Part shown: one piece after another, positions 40,092-50,192 of the stretch
How the letters are laid out: the number at the start of each line of letters is the position of its first letter
How positions within the stretch are numbered: the first letter of the stretch is position 1
From: an uncultured Actinomycetes bacterium
Lineage (GTDB): Bacteria; Actinomycetota; Thermoleophilia; UBA2241
Assembly (NCBI GenBank): GCA_963709345.1
Contig: CAVPVX010000001.1
Span: forward strand, 1-64,000
Direction of reading: 5' to 3'
Length of the DNA: 64,000 nucleotides
Notes under the pieces: model-generated
Told to the model about the DNA's origin: nothing
Database searches by the model: none
The model's input: only the letters and a program-made list of their open reading frames with translations
Position numbers and translations under genes: made by a program

Positions 40092-40481
40092 ATGCCCACG
40101 TCCGTCGCCGAGATGATCGCGGAAGCCAACGCCCAGATCGAGACCGTGTCACCGACAGACGCCGCCGCAGAGGCCGCGGCGGGCACGGCGGTGCTCCTCG
40201 ACGTCCGCGAGCCGGTGGAGTGGGAGCACCACATCGCCGGCTCGGTCCAGATCCCCAGGGGCCTGCTCGAGTTCGCCGCCGACCCCGTAAGCCCCCGCCA
40301 CAAGGCAGAGCTGGACCCGGCCGGCCGCGTGATCGTGTACTGCCGCTCCGGCGCACGCTCCGTGCTCGCCTGCGAAACGCTCAAAGCCATGGGCTACGAG
40401 AACGTGGCCAACCTCGAGGGAGGCTTCGGCGCCTGGCAGGCGGCCGGCCTGCCCAGCAACGAGCACCACGACGGTCTGTGA
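40092..40481 (+). CDS. Rhodanese-domain protein
   Basis: LDVRE..EW..HIAGS, VYCRSGARS, LEGGFGAW; RBS AAGGAGG. Confidence 0.92.
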   Translation: MPTSVAEMIAEANAQIETVSPTDAAAEAAAGTAVLLDVREPVEWEHHIAGSVQIPRGLLEFAADPVSPRHKAELDPAGRVIVYCRSGARSVLACETLKAMGYENVANLEGGFGAWQAAGLPSNEHHDGL

Positions 40482-40539
40482 GCACGAACCTCGACCGCAC
40501 TTCCGCCGCGCGAATCGACAGGCAACGAGAGAGGATCTG

Positions 40540-41709
40540 ATGATGGCAGAGCAGGAACGGGTGAGCACCACGGTACCCCTGGACTGGAACGAAGTGTGGT
40601 TCACCAACTGCCCGATGGTGTCCGCCAACAACGTCGACCAGGAGCTGGGCTGGTGCCGCGAGGAGCTCAAGAAGATCGGCGTCGAGTACGCCTACTTCCG
40701 TCACGCACCCGAGAACAACTTCTACCCCCACTACATCCACAATCTCGACAACCTCGTCCGCTTCGGCGGCCTCTACCCGCCGATCCACGTCCACGCCGAC
40801 CTGCGCCGCACAGTGCTTCTGGGCGCGACGCAGGTCCATGAGGGCGGCGTGATGATGGTGCGCGCCCGCGACGACATCTTCCGGATTGAGGAGCTCAAGG
40901 GCAAGAAGATCGGCCTCACCAAAAGCTTGAACACCATCAAGACCGACTGGTGGCGCATCCAGGAGCACGCCGGTATCGAGCTCATGTTGCGCATCCACGG
41001 CATGAGCATGGACGACATCGAGCTCGTCGAGTTTCCCTACCCCGACGACTGGTACGACAAGCCCGAGATGCTCAAGGTGCCGATGAACAACCCTTCGGAG
41101 CTGTGGCTGCGCCGAGACCACAAGCACGACATGGCCTTCCGTCCGTTGGAGAAGGCGCTCCTGGACGGCACCGTGGATGCCATCTACAACCAAAGCAAGC
41201 CCTTGCAGCAGCTCTCGGAGGCCACGGGCAAGATCAAGTCCATCGAGGACCTTTCTCGCTATCCGGACTGGACGATGCAGATGGCCAACTGCCCCGCCGT
41301 CATCACCTGCACCGACGTGATGGCCGACGAGCATCCCGAACTGGTCATCGCCTACATGAAGGCCATGATCAAAGTCGGGCGCTGGGCGAACCGCAACAAG
41401 CACGCCGCCGCCGAGATCCTCAACCGGCAGACCTTCTACCTCGACGCCGAGCACACCTACCAGGGCATCAAGCACGTTGACATGGTGCCGAGCCTGAGCG
41501 CGCAGAACAAAGAGTCGATCAAGATCGGCAAGGACTTCATGTTCAGCCACGGCTACATCAAGCGCGACTTCGACGTCGACGAGTGGGCCCGGCCGGAGTT
41601 CCTGGAGAAGGCGGCCGAGGAAGTGCTCAAGGAGGAATGGGCGGTCAGGAGCTGGAGCAAGCTTCCCCAAGGCGGCGGGCTTGAGGTGCAAGGCACGCGA
41701 CTCGGGTGA
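40540..41709 (+). CDS. DszB-like (desulfinase / SsuA-fold) protein
   Basis: FTNCP, HYIH..VRFGGLYPP and ELKGKKIG; no signal peptide. Confidence 0.75.
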   Translation: MMAEQERVSTTVPLDWNEVWFTNCPMVSANNVDQELGWCREELKKIGVEYAYFRHAPENNFYPHYIHNLDNLVRFGGLYPPIHVHADLRRTVLLGATQVHEGGVMMVRARDDIFRIEELKGKKIGLTKSLNTIKTDWWRIQEHAGIELMLRIHGMSMDDIELVEFPYPDDWYDKPEMLKVPMNNPSELWLRRDHKHDMAFRPLEKALLDGTVDAIYNQSKPLQQLSEATGKIKSIEDLSRYPDWTMQMANCPAVITCTDVMADEHPELVIAYMKAMIKVGRWANRNKHAAAEILNRQTFYLDAEHTYQGIKHVDMVPSLSAQNKESIKIGKDFMFSHGYIKRDFDVDEWARPEFLEKAAEEVLKEEWAVRSWSKLPQGGGLEVQGTRLG

Positions 41710-41743
41710 CATCGGTCACGACAACGACAATTGAGGAGACACA

Positions 41744-42118
41744 GTGAACGGCAAGTGGCAGGGTTGGGCAGCGACCGGGGGCATCCTGATGCTGGTCGTC
41801 GGCGCCTTCAGGGCGTTCTCGGGCATCATCGGCCTGTTCAACGACGAGTGGATCGTCCGCGGTTTCGACGCCTACTTCTTCATCGACATCAGCGCGCTCG
41901 CGTGGTGGTACATCCTCATCGGCGCGATCCTGATGCTCGCGGGCGCGGCCGTCCTGGGCGGCAAGGCGTGGGGCCGGTGGGTCGGCGTGGTCGCCGTCAG
42001 CATCGCGCTCTTCTCCGAACTCATGTGGATCCCGATCTATCCCTTCTGGTCGATCCTGCTCGTCGTCATGTACACCTTCATCATCGTCGGCTTCGTGCTG
42101 GCCGGCTCAGAGGAGTAG
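41744..42118 (+). CDS. Small four-TM membrane protein (DUF7144-like)
   Basis: GW..GILM, WGRWVGV, PIYPFWS. Confidence 0.8.
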   Translation: MNGKWQGWAATGGILMLVVGAFRAFSGIIGLFNDEWIVRGFDAYFFIDISALAWWYILIGAILMLAGAAVLGGKAWGRWVGVVAVSIALFSELMWIPIYPFWSILLVVMYTFIIVGFVLAGSEE

Positions 42119-42169
42119 CGGCGCCGGCCGGCGTCCCCCTTCGCCGGCGGCCCGAGACTCGCTCTGGCA

Positions 42170-42212
42170 GACCGCCTTCGTCGGCCGGGACCCCTCGCCG
42201 GCGAAGGCGGTC
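42170..42212. terminator. GC-rich hairpin
   Basis: GACCGCCTTCGTCGGC ... GCCGGCGAAGGCGGTC; TATAGT follows at 42220. Confidence 0.45.
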
Positions 42213-42296
42213 GGCCCGCTATAGTGAGTGCAGAAGCGGCCATTAAAGCGCGCACGTCGAGCCGAAACGAGTGTCCGGAAGAGAGGTCGTGCGACC

Positions 42297-43733
42297 ATGG
42301 AAGTCCAGCGGATCGAGCACCCGAGCGTCGAACAGCGTCGTGCTCGGGGCAAGGCACTGAAGAAGCAGACGCCTCCGTCCGGCCACGCGAAGTGGAAGCC
42401 CGCCGCGGACCGGCCCGACCCGGTCGCGCTCCTGGAAGAGCAGAACACGACCCGTGAGCCAGACCTGGTCCCGGTCCGGCACGGGCGCATGATGGTCTCG
42501 CCGTTCACCTTCTATCGCGGCGCGGCGAAGATCATGGCGACGGACCTCAAGGACACGCCGAGGGCCGGCCTGACAGTGCAGCTCTGCGGCGACGCTCACC
42601 TGTCCAACTTCGGCGTCTTCGCGTCGCCCGAGCGGACCCTGCTCTTCGACCTCAACGACTTCGACGAGACGCTCCCCGGCCCGTTCGAGTACGACGTCAA
42701 GCGCATGGCCGCGAGCTTCACCATCGCCGCCCGCAACAACGGCTTCAGCAAGGCCGACACGAAGAACGTGACGCTCACGTCGGTGGGCGCGTATCGGCGG
42801 GCGCTGGCCGAGTTCGCGGCGATGCGCACGATGGACATCTGGTACGCGCGCCTGTCCGAGAGCGAGCTGCTGGCCGCCGTCGGCAGCACCGCCCTCGCAC
42901 AGAAGGGCAAAGCGCAGAAACAGGCGGCCGCGGCGGCAGTCGCGCGCGCAAAGCTGATCACCGAGAAGGCCCACACCCGCGACAGCCTGCAGGCGCTCTC
43001 CAAGCTCGCGGAGGTCGTCGACGGCGCCTACCGGATCGTCAGCCGGCCGCCGATCGTCGTCCCGGCCCGCGAACTGCACGACGCCTACGGCGTGTCCGCC
43101 GACGAACTGACGCACCACGTTCACGCGGAGTTCCGTGCCTATCGGGCCACGCTGCAGAGCGACCGTCGCCACCTGCTCGAACGGTTCGAGATCGTCGACA
43201 TGGCGCGCAAGGTGGTGGGCGTCGGCAGCGTCGGCACACGGGCGTTCATCATCCTGCTCGAGGGTCGTGACGAGCAGGATCCGCTGTTCCTGCAGGTCAA
43301 GGAGGCGACGGCCTCGGTGCTCGAGGACCACCTCCCGAAGAGCCGCCACCGGCAGCCCGGTTCGCGCGTCGTCCACGGACAGCGCATGATGCAGGCCGCG
43401 AGCGACATCTACCTCGGCTACACCAAGGGCGTGCAGGCCGATCGCTACCTGTACTGGCGCCAACTGCGCGACATGAAGGGGTCCGCCGTCGTCGAGGACA
43501 TGGGGCTCCTCAGCCTTACCTTCTATGCCCGCCAGTGCGGGTGGACGCTCGCACGCGCGCACGCGCGCTCAGGTGACCCCGTGGCGATCGCCGCGTATCT
43601 GGGCAAGGGTGACGGCTTCGAGCGGTCGATCGCGGACTTCTCCAAGCGTTACGCGGATCAGAACGAGCGGGACTACAAGGCTTTCACCAAGGCAGTCAAG
43701 ACTGGGCGGCTGACGGCACTGGAGGGCGTGTGA
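42297..43733 (+). CDS. DUF2252 family protein (second paralog)
   Basis: SPFTFYRG, CGDAHLSNFG, FDLNDFDE, KVVGVGSVG. Confidence 0.92.
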   Translation: MEVQRIEHPSVEQRRARGKALKKQTPPSGHAKWKPAADRPDPVALLEEQNTTREPDLVPVRHGRMMVSPFTFYRGAAKIMATDLKDTPRAGLTVQLCGDAHLSNFGVFASPERTLLFDLNDFDETLPGPFEYDVKRMAASFTIAARNNGFSKADTKNVTLTSVGAYRRALAEFAAMRTMDIWYARLSESELLAAVGSTALAQKGKAQKQAAAAAVARAKLITEKAHTRDSLQALSKLAEVVDGAYRIVSRPPIVVPARELHDAYGVSADELTHHVHAEFRAYRATLQSDRRHLLERFEIVDMARKVVGVGSVGTRAFIILLEGRDEQDPLFLQVKEATASVLEDHLPKSRHRQPGSRVVHGQRMMQAASDIYLGYTKGVQADRYLYWRQLRDMKGSAVVEDMGLLSLTFYARQCGWTLARAHARSGDPVAIAAYLGKGDGFERSIADFSKRYADQNERDYKAFTKAVKTGRLTALEGV

Positions 43734-43913
43734 CGGCTCGGCTGCCGGAAGCAGGGTTGACGTGTACAGAAGGAACAGCGAGGCTCGGCGCCGGCGCCGG
43801 CGCCGCCCTCGACGCCCGCGCGCACCTGAGGTAGACCCGCGTCCGGCCCGTCCCGGTCGAGGCGCTATCGCAAACAGGGCAGACGACTGCCCGCAACGAG
43901 TGGGAGTGACTAC

Positions 43914-44288
43914 ATGAACGTAGAAAGCACGGGCGGCATCCTCTGGACCATGATCGCCTTCTTCTTCTGGATGATGGTGATCTGGATGTTCATCGCCATC
44001 TTCGCCGACATCTTCCGTCGCAACGACCTCTCCGGATGGGGCAAGGCAGGCTGGATCATCCTTGTCTTCGTCCTGCCGTTCATCGGCATCCTGATCTACG
44101 TCATCGCGCGACCCAAGATGACGGAGCAGGACAAGCAGATCATCGCGGCGGCGCAGGAGCGGGAGCGTCGTGCGGCTGGCTACTCGTCCGCCGACGAGAT
44201 CGCCAAGCTCGCGGCTCTCAAGGAGCAGGGCGCCATCACCGCCGAGGAGTTCGAGACGATGAAGCAGCAGGCGCTCACGCAGGTCTGA
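43914..44288 (+). CDS. PLDc_N + SHOCT domain membrane protein (duplicate)
   Basis: Protein identical to 19385..19759. Confidence 0.9.
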   Translation: MNVESTGGILWTMIAFFFWMMVIWMFIAIFADIFRRNDLSGWGKAGWIILVFVLPFIGILIYVIARPKMTEQDKQIIAAAQERERRAAGYSSADEIAKLAALKEQGAITAEEFETMKQQALTQV

Positions 44289-44389
44289 TACGGACCCGCG
44301 ACGCGCGGTGCGGCACGAGGAACAAGGACGGGGCGCCTTTCGGCGCCCCGCCGTCTTGCGCTTTCCGCCCTCCCCGCGACGGCCGTCGG

Positions 44390-44656
44390 CTAGCGTGAGT
44401 CACGGCGCGCCTGGCGCCGCTTGTGCCGGCGCCACATCAGCGCGAACTGGCCGATCACGAAGGCCACCAGGGCGGTGATCACGAGCACGATCCAGAGCGG
44501 TGCGTCGAACGTCCAGAACAGCCAGGTGAAGGACACCGTCTCCCGGTTCTGGAGGATGAACGCCAGCAGCGCCGCCGCAAGGACTCCGCCGCCGATCAGC
44601 CACCCGCTCCCGGAACCCGAAGCCTGCGAACCGCCCTGCGCTGCGTTGTCTGCCAT
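44390..44656 (-). CDS. LapA/DUF1049 family protein (duplicate)
   Basis: Protein identical to 19862..20128. Confidence 0.85.
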   Translation of the reverse strand: MADNAAQGGSQASGSGSGWLIGGGVLAAALLAFILQNRETVSFTWLFWTFDAPLWIVLVITALVAFVIGQFALMWRRHKRRQARRDSR

Positions 44657-44847
44657 GACGTCCTCCTCGTCGGTCCGGCCGGCATGCCCGGCTCAACTCC
44701 CCGGTCGGGGTCTGTTGCCTACGGTCTTCCCGGCGCAGCGATCCGTCACTCGCCGCGATGGCCCCGTCGACCGCCTCACTGGTAACGTTGCCCGGGAGGG
44801 TCTCGATGCGCCCACGAGCGCCCCGGACAGACGGAGAAAGGAAGACC

Positions 44848-45339
44848 GTGGCCAACGAACGACAGGGCAGCCCCAAGGCGAGGGTGGAGGACCGCATCCG
44901 GCATCGCGCCGGCAAGGCGGTCGCCAGCCGGCGCGTGTTCGGCTATCTCGCCGCCGTCACCGCAGTCGTCGGCATCGGCGCCGGGATCCTCGTAAGATTC
45001 ATCGATCACAAGGACTTCGCCACCGTGGGAGACGGCATCTGGTGGGCGATCGTCACGCTGGGCACCGTAGGCTACGGCGACATCGTGCCGCACAGCGCCT
45101 GGGGACGCGTGGTGGGCTCCGTGGTCATCGTCGTCGGCGTGACCTTCCTCTCCTTCCTCACGGCGACCGTGACCTCCATGTTCGTGTCCGCCGACCAGGA
45201 CGAACGGACCGCAGAAGCAGATGCGGCGCGCGCTGCCCGCGAGGCGGACACCCGGGCGATGCTGCAACAGCTGCTGGATCGCACCGCGGCGATCGAGGCG
45301 AGGGTGGAGGAACTCGCCAAGCAGACGCCGCCACGCTGA
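44848..45339 (+). CDS. KcsA-type potassium channel (duplicate)
   Basis: TVGYGD; differs from the first copy by one W/R change and the last 9 aa. Confidence 0.92.
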   Translation: MANERQGSPKARVEDRIRHRAGKAVASRRVFGYLAAVTAVVGIGAGILVRFIDHKDFATVGDGIWWAIVTLGTVGYGDIVPHSAWGRVVGSVVIVVGVTFLSFLTATVTSMFVSADQDERTAEADAARAAREADTRAMLQQLLDRTAAIEARVEELAKQTPPR

Positions 45340-45373
45340 TCGGCGAGGAGTTCGGCGTGCTCTGAGACGTTAG

Positions 45374-45406
45374 GAGGCCGGGGGCGGCAGCGCCGCCCCC
45401 GGCCTC
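45374..45406. terminator. Hairpin terminator between convergent genes
   Basis: GAGGCCGGGGGCGGC-AGC-GCCGCCCCCGGCCTC, perfect 15-bp stem. Confidence 0.75.
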
Positions 45407-45430
45407 TGTCACGTCGTGCTCGTCGCCGAC

Positions 45431-46306
45431 TCAGTACGGCGAGGAGTACTGCGAGGATCCGTCCTCGGCGGGGGCCTGCTCCGGCTGCTGGAAGGAGCCG
45501 CTCTTCATCTGCTCCATCACGCTGATGGCGGTGTTGATCGGTACGGAGAAGCCGATGCCCTCATTGCCGCCGCCCTGCGAGGCGATCTGCTCGTTGATGC
45601 CGATCACCTCTCCACTCGCGTTGATCAGCGGACCGCCGGAGTTCCCGGAGTTGATCGCCGCGTCGGTCTGGATGCCGCCGGTGATCGTCGCGCCGTTGGG
45701 CGACTGCAGTTCACGGTCGGTCGCCGAGACGACGCCCGACGAAAGCGAGAAGTCGAGGCCCAGCGGGTTGCCGATGGCGACGACCTCTTCGCCGACGGAG
45801 ACGGCCGAAGAGTCGCCGAGCGGGATGGCCTGGATGCCGGGCACCTGGCTCGGATCGATCATCACGAGGGCGACGTCGGTCGAGTCGTCCGCGCCGACGA
45901 CCGTGCCCTCGACCTGGATGCCCTCGGTGCCGTCGCCCTTGAAGATGACGGTGACTGCGCTCGCGACCTGCCCGTTCGCGCTCACAACGTGCGCGTTGGT
46001 CAGGATCGAGCCGTCGTCGGAGACCACGAATCCGGTGCCCAGGGCCTGCTGGTCGCCAGAGTACTGGCCCCACATGTCGTAGTAGCCTGGGAAGGTCGCC
46101 CGGATCTCGACGACGCTGTCGACGTGCTCCTCGTAGATCTGCTGTGGCGTCAGGCCCGAGGTCGTGAACGCGGCCGGGACGCCCTTGACCGTCTCCACGA
46201 CGGTCGACTCCGAACCGACGATGCCGGTCGCGTAGGCCCCGCCAAGCAGGAGGGCCGCCCCGGCGAATCCGGCGACCATGGTGGCGAGAAATCGTCTGAC
46301 TCTCAT
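45431..46306 (-). CDS. HtrA-like trypsin serine protease without PDZ domain
   Basis: N-terminal TM; TNAHVV, DVAL, IQTDAAINSGNSGGP. Confidence 0.9.
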   Translation of the reverse strand: MRVRRFLATMVAGFAGAALLLGGAYATGIVGSESTVVETVKGVPAAFTTSGLTPQQIYEEHVDSVVEIRATFPGYYDMWGQYSGDQQALGTGFVVSDDGSILTNAHVVSANGQVASAVTVIFKGDGTEGIQVEGTVVGADDSTDVALVMIDPSQVPGIQAIPLGDSSAVSVGEEVVAIGNPLGLDFSLSSGVVSATDRELQSPNGATITGGIQTDAAINSGNSGGPLINASGEVIGINEQIASQGGGNEGIGFSVPINTAISVMEQMKSGSFQQPEQAPAEDGSSQYSSPY

Positions 46307-46660
46307 GTCCGCTGCCTTTCTCTCTGGCGCCGACCGGCGGCCTGTGGCCGCATCCCCGGCGCCGCGATGCGTTTGCCGGCCGTCATCCGGACTGGCCGTT
46401 ACGGGGAGACCAGGCCGCTCATCCTCGCCCTCGTTGCCGAACCGGAGGCTCCGCAGGGCGCTCTCATGGCGCGTACCCGCCGTATCGGTCCGCGGCGGCG
46501 GTCTCTTGTGCACTCTTTCTACCGCCGCAGACTGGGGATTCCCTGAGAAGGCGCTGAGCGACATCTGTGATTACTTCCAGCGCGCGAACGTCATGCGATA
46601 TCTTTCGATTGCCTCTCGGCAGCCGGTCGACCGTGTCTCAAGATCTCTGGAGGAGGACTC

Positions 46661-47332
46661 GTGGGCCCAGCCATCGGCGAGATGCTCCCTCTTGCCATCG
46701 GTATCGCGATCAGCCCTCTGCCGATCATCACCGTCATCCTGATCCTCACGACACCGAGGGGCCGGAACAACGGCCTCGCCTTCCTCGGCGGCTGGCTGCT
46801 CGGACTGGCCGTGGTCGGCGGCGCCGTACTGATCGTGGCGGACGCCGCCGAGGCGGCGACCTCGAACGACACCGCGAGGATCGTGAGCGTGTTCAAGCTG
46901 GTGCTCGGCCTGCTGCTGCTGTTCCTCGCCTGGCGCACCTTCGCGAGGCGCACCAAGGCGGGTGAGGAGACGCCCCTGCCGAAGTGGCTGGGGGCGCTGG
47001 ACGGCTTATCCGCCGGCCGCTCGCTCGCCGTAGGCGTACTGTTCGCGGGCGTGAAGCCCAAGAACCTCATCCTCACCGCGGCGGCGGCGGCTGGCATCGC
47101 CCAGTCGGGCATCGGCGCCCCCCGGCAGGTCGCCGTCCTGGTCCTGCTCATGGCCGTCGCCAGCGTGGGCATCATCGCGCCGGTCGGCGTGTACTTCGCC
47201 CTGCGCAGCAGAGCGGCGCGGGTGCTCGACGGCTGGAGGGAGTGGCTGGCGGCCAACAACGCGACCGTCATGAGCGTGCTCTTCATCGTCTTCGGCGTCG
47301 TGCTCGTCGGCAAGGGCATCGGCGGACTGTGA
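46661..47332 (+). CDS. GAP family membrane protein (second paralog)
   Basis: LPLAIGIAISP, PKNL, WLAANN; close to 17509..18180. Confidence 0.9.
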   Translation: MGPAIGEMLPLAIGIAISPLPIITVILILTTPRGRNNGLAFLGGWLLGLAVVGGAVLIVADAAEAATSNDTARIVSVFKLVLGLLLLFLAWRTFARRTKAGEETPLPKWLGALDGLSAGRSLAVGVLFAGVKPKNLILTAAAAAGIAQSGIGAPRQVAVLVLLMAVASVGIIAPVGVYFALRSRAARVLDGWREWLAANNATVMSVLFIVFGVVLVGKGIGGL

Positions 47333-47480
47333 GGCCACCGAGCCGGAGTGACGCGCCCGAAGCGCAGCCTCCTGGGGCCGCGGCGGCGGAGATCGCCTCA
47401 GACCATGACGTCGGGGGATGTCGTCGTGAGAACGTGGGCACACTGACCCTGACCGCAAGCGACGAGGAGGCGAGACGATC

Positions 47481-47669
47481 GTGGATCGACCAGTCGTGGA
47501 CGAGGAGCTGTGCATAGGGTGCGGCAGTTGTGAGGAGATCTGCCCTGCCGTCTTCGAAGTGGGAGAGGACGGCATCTCGCACGTCCTCGACCCGGAGGGC
47601 TGTGAGGCCGCCGACTGCTGCGAGGAGGCGGCCGAGGAGTGCCCGGTCGACGCCATCTCCCTTGACTAG
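47481..47669 (+). CDS. Ferredoxin, single cluster
   Basis: CIGCGSC..CP..CPVDAI; RBS GAGGAGG. Confidence 0.9.
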   Translation: MDRPVVDEELCIGCGSCEEICPAVFEVGEDGISHVLDPEGCEAADCCEEAAEECPVDAISLD

Positions 47670-47726
47670 CGCTCCCCAGAAGACGTGCGATCGCCACAGC
47701 AGTGACAGCTTGAGCGAGGGCGAGTC

Positions 47727-49325
47727 GTGAGCGCGCGCACCGTCGCTCCTCAGAACGCCGCGACGGCAGGGTCCGGACCGGCACGGGCCGGGCTCGTCCT
47801 CGTGGCGCTCCTTCTGGTCGCCACGGTCGCCAATCTCAACCTCTCGGTGGCCAACGTGGCGCTGCCGTCCATCGCGGGCACCTTCGACTCGTCGCAGACG
47901 ATGCTCGACCTGATCGCCGTCGCCTTCTCACTCGGCCTCGCTGCCTCCGTGCTCTACCTCGGCGCGCTCGGCGACCGCTACGGCCGCAAGCTCATGCTCG
48001 TCCTCGGCACGGCGCTGGCGATCCCCGCGTCGCTGCTCGCCGCCTTCGCCCCAACCGACGCGGTCCTGTTTCTCGCGCGTCTCCTTGGGGGGCTCGCCGC
48101 CGGCATGGCATTCCCCACGACGCTGGCGCTGATCACCGCTCTGTGGGATGGCCCGGCCCGGACCCGATCCATCGCCCTCTGGTCCGGCGTGGGTGGGTCG
48201 ATGGCGGCCCTCGGCCCGCTGTGCGCGGGATTGCTCATGTCGGTGTTCTGGTGGGGCTCCGTCTTCTTGCTCACGCTGCCGCTCGCCGTCGTGGCGCTCG
48301 TCCTCGCCGTCAGGCTCGTTCCCTCACACGTGAACGAGACCACCGGAAAGGTCGACAACGCCGGCGGCATCCTCTCGGTCGTCTTCGTCGGCGCCGGCGT
48401 CCTCGCCATCAACCTGTTCACCGCTCCGGGGCGGGGGACGGCCGCGCTGATCCTGCTGGCCGTCGCGGTCGCGGGAGCGATCGCCTTCACCCTGCGGCAG
48501 CGGCGCGCGCGAGACGCGCTGTACGACCTCCGGGTGGCCGGGCGCAGGGTCTTCTGGGTGGCCGCCTGCGCGGGCATCATCGTCTTCGGATCGCTCATGG
48601 GTGGCGTCTTCATCGGACAGCAGTACGTGCAGAACGTGCTCGGCTACTCTTCCCTGGAGGCCGGCCTGACGGTGCTCCCCGCCGCCGTCCTCATGATCCT
48701 CGTCGCGCCGCGATCGGCAACGCTCGTCGACGCGCACGGCGCACGCTTCACGCTGCTGCTCGGGTACTTCTTCGTCTTCCTCGCCTTCCTCACCATGCTC
48801 TTGCTCTGGGACGCCGACGCCGCGGCCTGGCACGTACTTCTCGGCTTCGCGTTCATGGGCGTGGGCGTCGCCTTCGCCGGCACGCCGGCGTCACACTCGC
48901 TGACCGGGTCGGTCCCGGTGCGCCGCGCGGGCATGGCGTCGGCGACCGCCGACCTCCAGCGCGACCTGGGAGGCGCCGTACTGCAGTCGGTCTTCGGCGC
49001 TCTCCTGACCCTCGGGTACGCCTCGGCGATGGCGGCCGGTGTCGCTTCGTCCCCAGAAGCGTCAAAGGTCACGAGCGAGACGCAGGCGGCGCTCACCAAG
49101 TCCTTCGCCGGCGCCGAGTCGGTGGCGGAGCAGTACCCCAAGTACGCCGACCAGATCGTCGCCTCCGCCAAGACGGCCTTCCTCCAGGGCGACCGCTGGG
49201 CCTACGCCGCCGGCTTGTTCGCCGTCCTCGGCGGCACGGCCCTCGTCTTCTTCCTCTTCCCGAAGCATGACGAGGAGGTACGGCTGCTGCGCGCCTACAA
49301 GACGGAGGACTCCAAGCCGGCGTGA
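47727..49325 (+). CDS. MFS transporter (DHA2-like)
   Basis: ANLNLSVANVALP, GALGDRYGRK. Confidence 0.9.
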   Translation: MSARTVAPQNAATAGSGPARAGLVLVALLLVATVANLNLSVANVALPSIAGTFDSSQTMLDLIAVAFSLGLAASVLYLGALGDRYGRKLMLVLGTALAIPASLLAAFAPTDAVLFLARLLGGLAAGMAFPTTLALITALWDGPARTRSIALWSGVGGSMAALGPLCAGLLMSVFWWGSVFLLTLPLAVVALVLAVRLVPSHVNETTGKVDNAGGILSVVFVGAGVLAINLFTAPGRGTAALILLAVAVAGAIAFTLRQRRARDALYDLRVAGRRVFWVAACAGIIVFGSLMGGVFIGQQYVQNVLGYSSLEAGLTVLPAAVLMILVAPRSATLVDAHGARFTLLLGYFFVFLAFLTMLLLWDADAAAWHVLLGFAFMGVGVAFAGTPASHSLTGSVPVRRAGMASATADLQRDLGGAVLQSVFGALLTLGYASAMAAGVASSPEASKVTSETQAALTKSFAGAESVAEQYPKYADQIVASAKTAFLQGDRWAYAAGLFAVLGGTALVFFLFPKHDEEVRLLRAYKTEDSKPA

Positions 49326-49438
49326 CCCGCATCCGGGCGGCCGCGGGCCGGACCGCCCGTGAGCCGGCCTGGCCCGCGGCCGCCCGAAGCCGGGGCCGGG
49401 ACCGGGACCGGGCCGATGCGGAACGACAGACCGGCCGC

Positions 49439-50192
49439 TCAGGCGACCGGCGCCGGCACTCCCTGGAGGTGCCGGCGCCAGCCGAGCAGCAGCGCATGGG
49501 CCTGCTCGGCGCCGACGATCGGAGTCGCCGGGGCGGGTAGCGCGGCCGGATACAGCAGGAACGGCCGCGTCTGCGACCCGCCCATGCCGCCGTGGAACGA
49601 GATCAGCTCCTCGAAGGCGCAGCCCTCGTCCAGCTGCGCGTCGTAGAAGCTGTTGACCATGATATCGGCGACGTGCGCAAAGCCGTCGCTGCGCAGCAGG
49701 TGATGCGGCGCGGTGCTCGAGAAGCCAGCTAGGGGGTCCTCGCCCTCGACGCGCCCCTCGTCGAGGTAGTTGACCCCGTTCGCCCCGAGTACCAGCGCAC
49801 CATGCTCGCCCGAGCGCACCAGCAACCATCCGACGTGAGGGTGGGCGCGAAGGGCCGGGAGCAGTGCCGGATGCCGCTCCTCGATCTCCTCCATCCTGTA
49901 CCGGCGGTCCTTCTCCATCAGGTACACGAGCCCCAGGTTGCCGGAGCCGAGGACGATGACATCCTCGCCCCCGAGGTCGCTCGCGGCGGGACCCTCCTGC
50001 TCGCGGCCGGTGGCCTCACGCAAGGCCTTGGACACGGCCGAGTCGTTCTCATCGCCGGACGCGAGGCGGGCGACCGAGGCACCGCTCAGCGAACGCTTGA
50101 CCAGATCGTCCAAACCGTACCCGTTGCGCTGCTTGAAGGTCGCGCCCTGTGTCTGGCCGTGGTCGGAGAGGACGACGATCTCGTATGGCCGC
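49439..50192 (-). pseudogene. C-terminal fragment of an alkaline-phosphatase/phosphodiesterase-superfamily protein
   Basis: RPYEIVVLSDHGQ, GSGNLGLVY, AFEELISFHGGMGG; no N-terminal half and no convincing start. Confidence 0.7.

Larger units (their letters stand above)
43801..45308 (+). repeat. 1.5-kb direct repeat, copy B
   Basis: Matches 19272..20780. Confidence 0.95.

Noticed and set aside
40540-41709. Annotation as an ABC transporter substrate-binding protein
   Set aside because: No export signal and no permease or ATPase neighbours; DszB-like catalytic residues are present.
19272-45308. The duplicated block as an IS or composite transposon
   Set aside because: No transposase or integrase, terminal inverted repeats or target-site duplication were seen.
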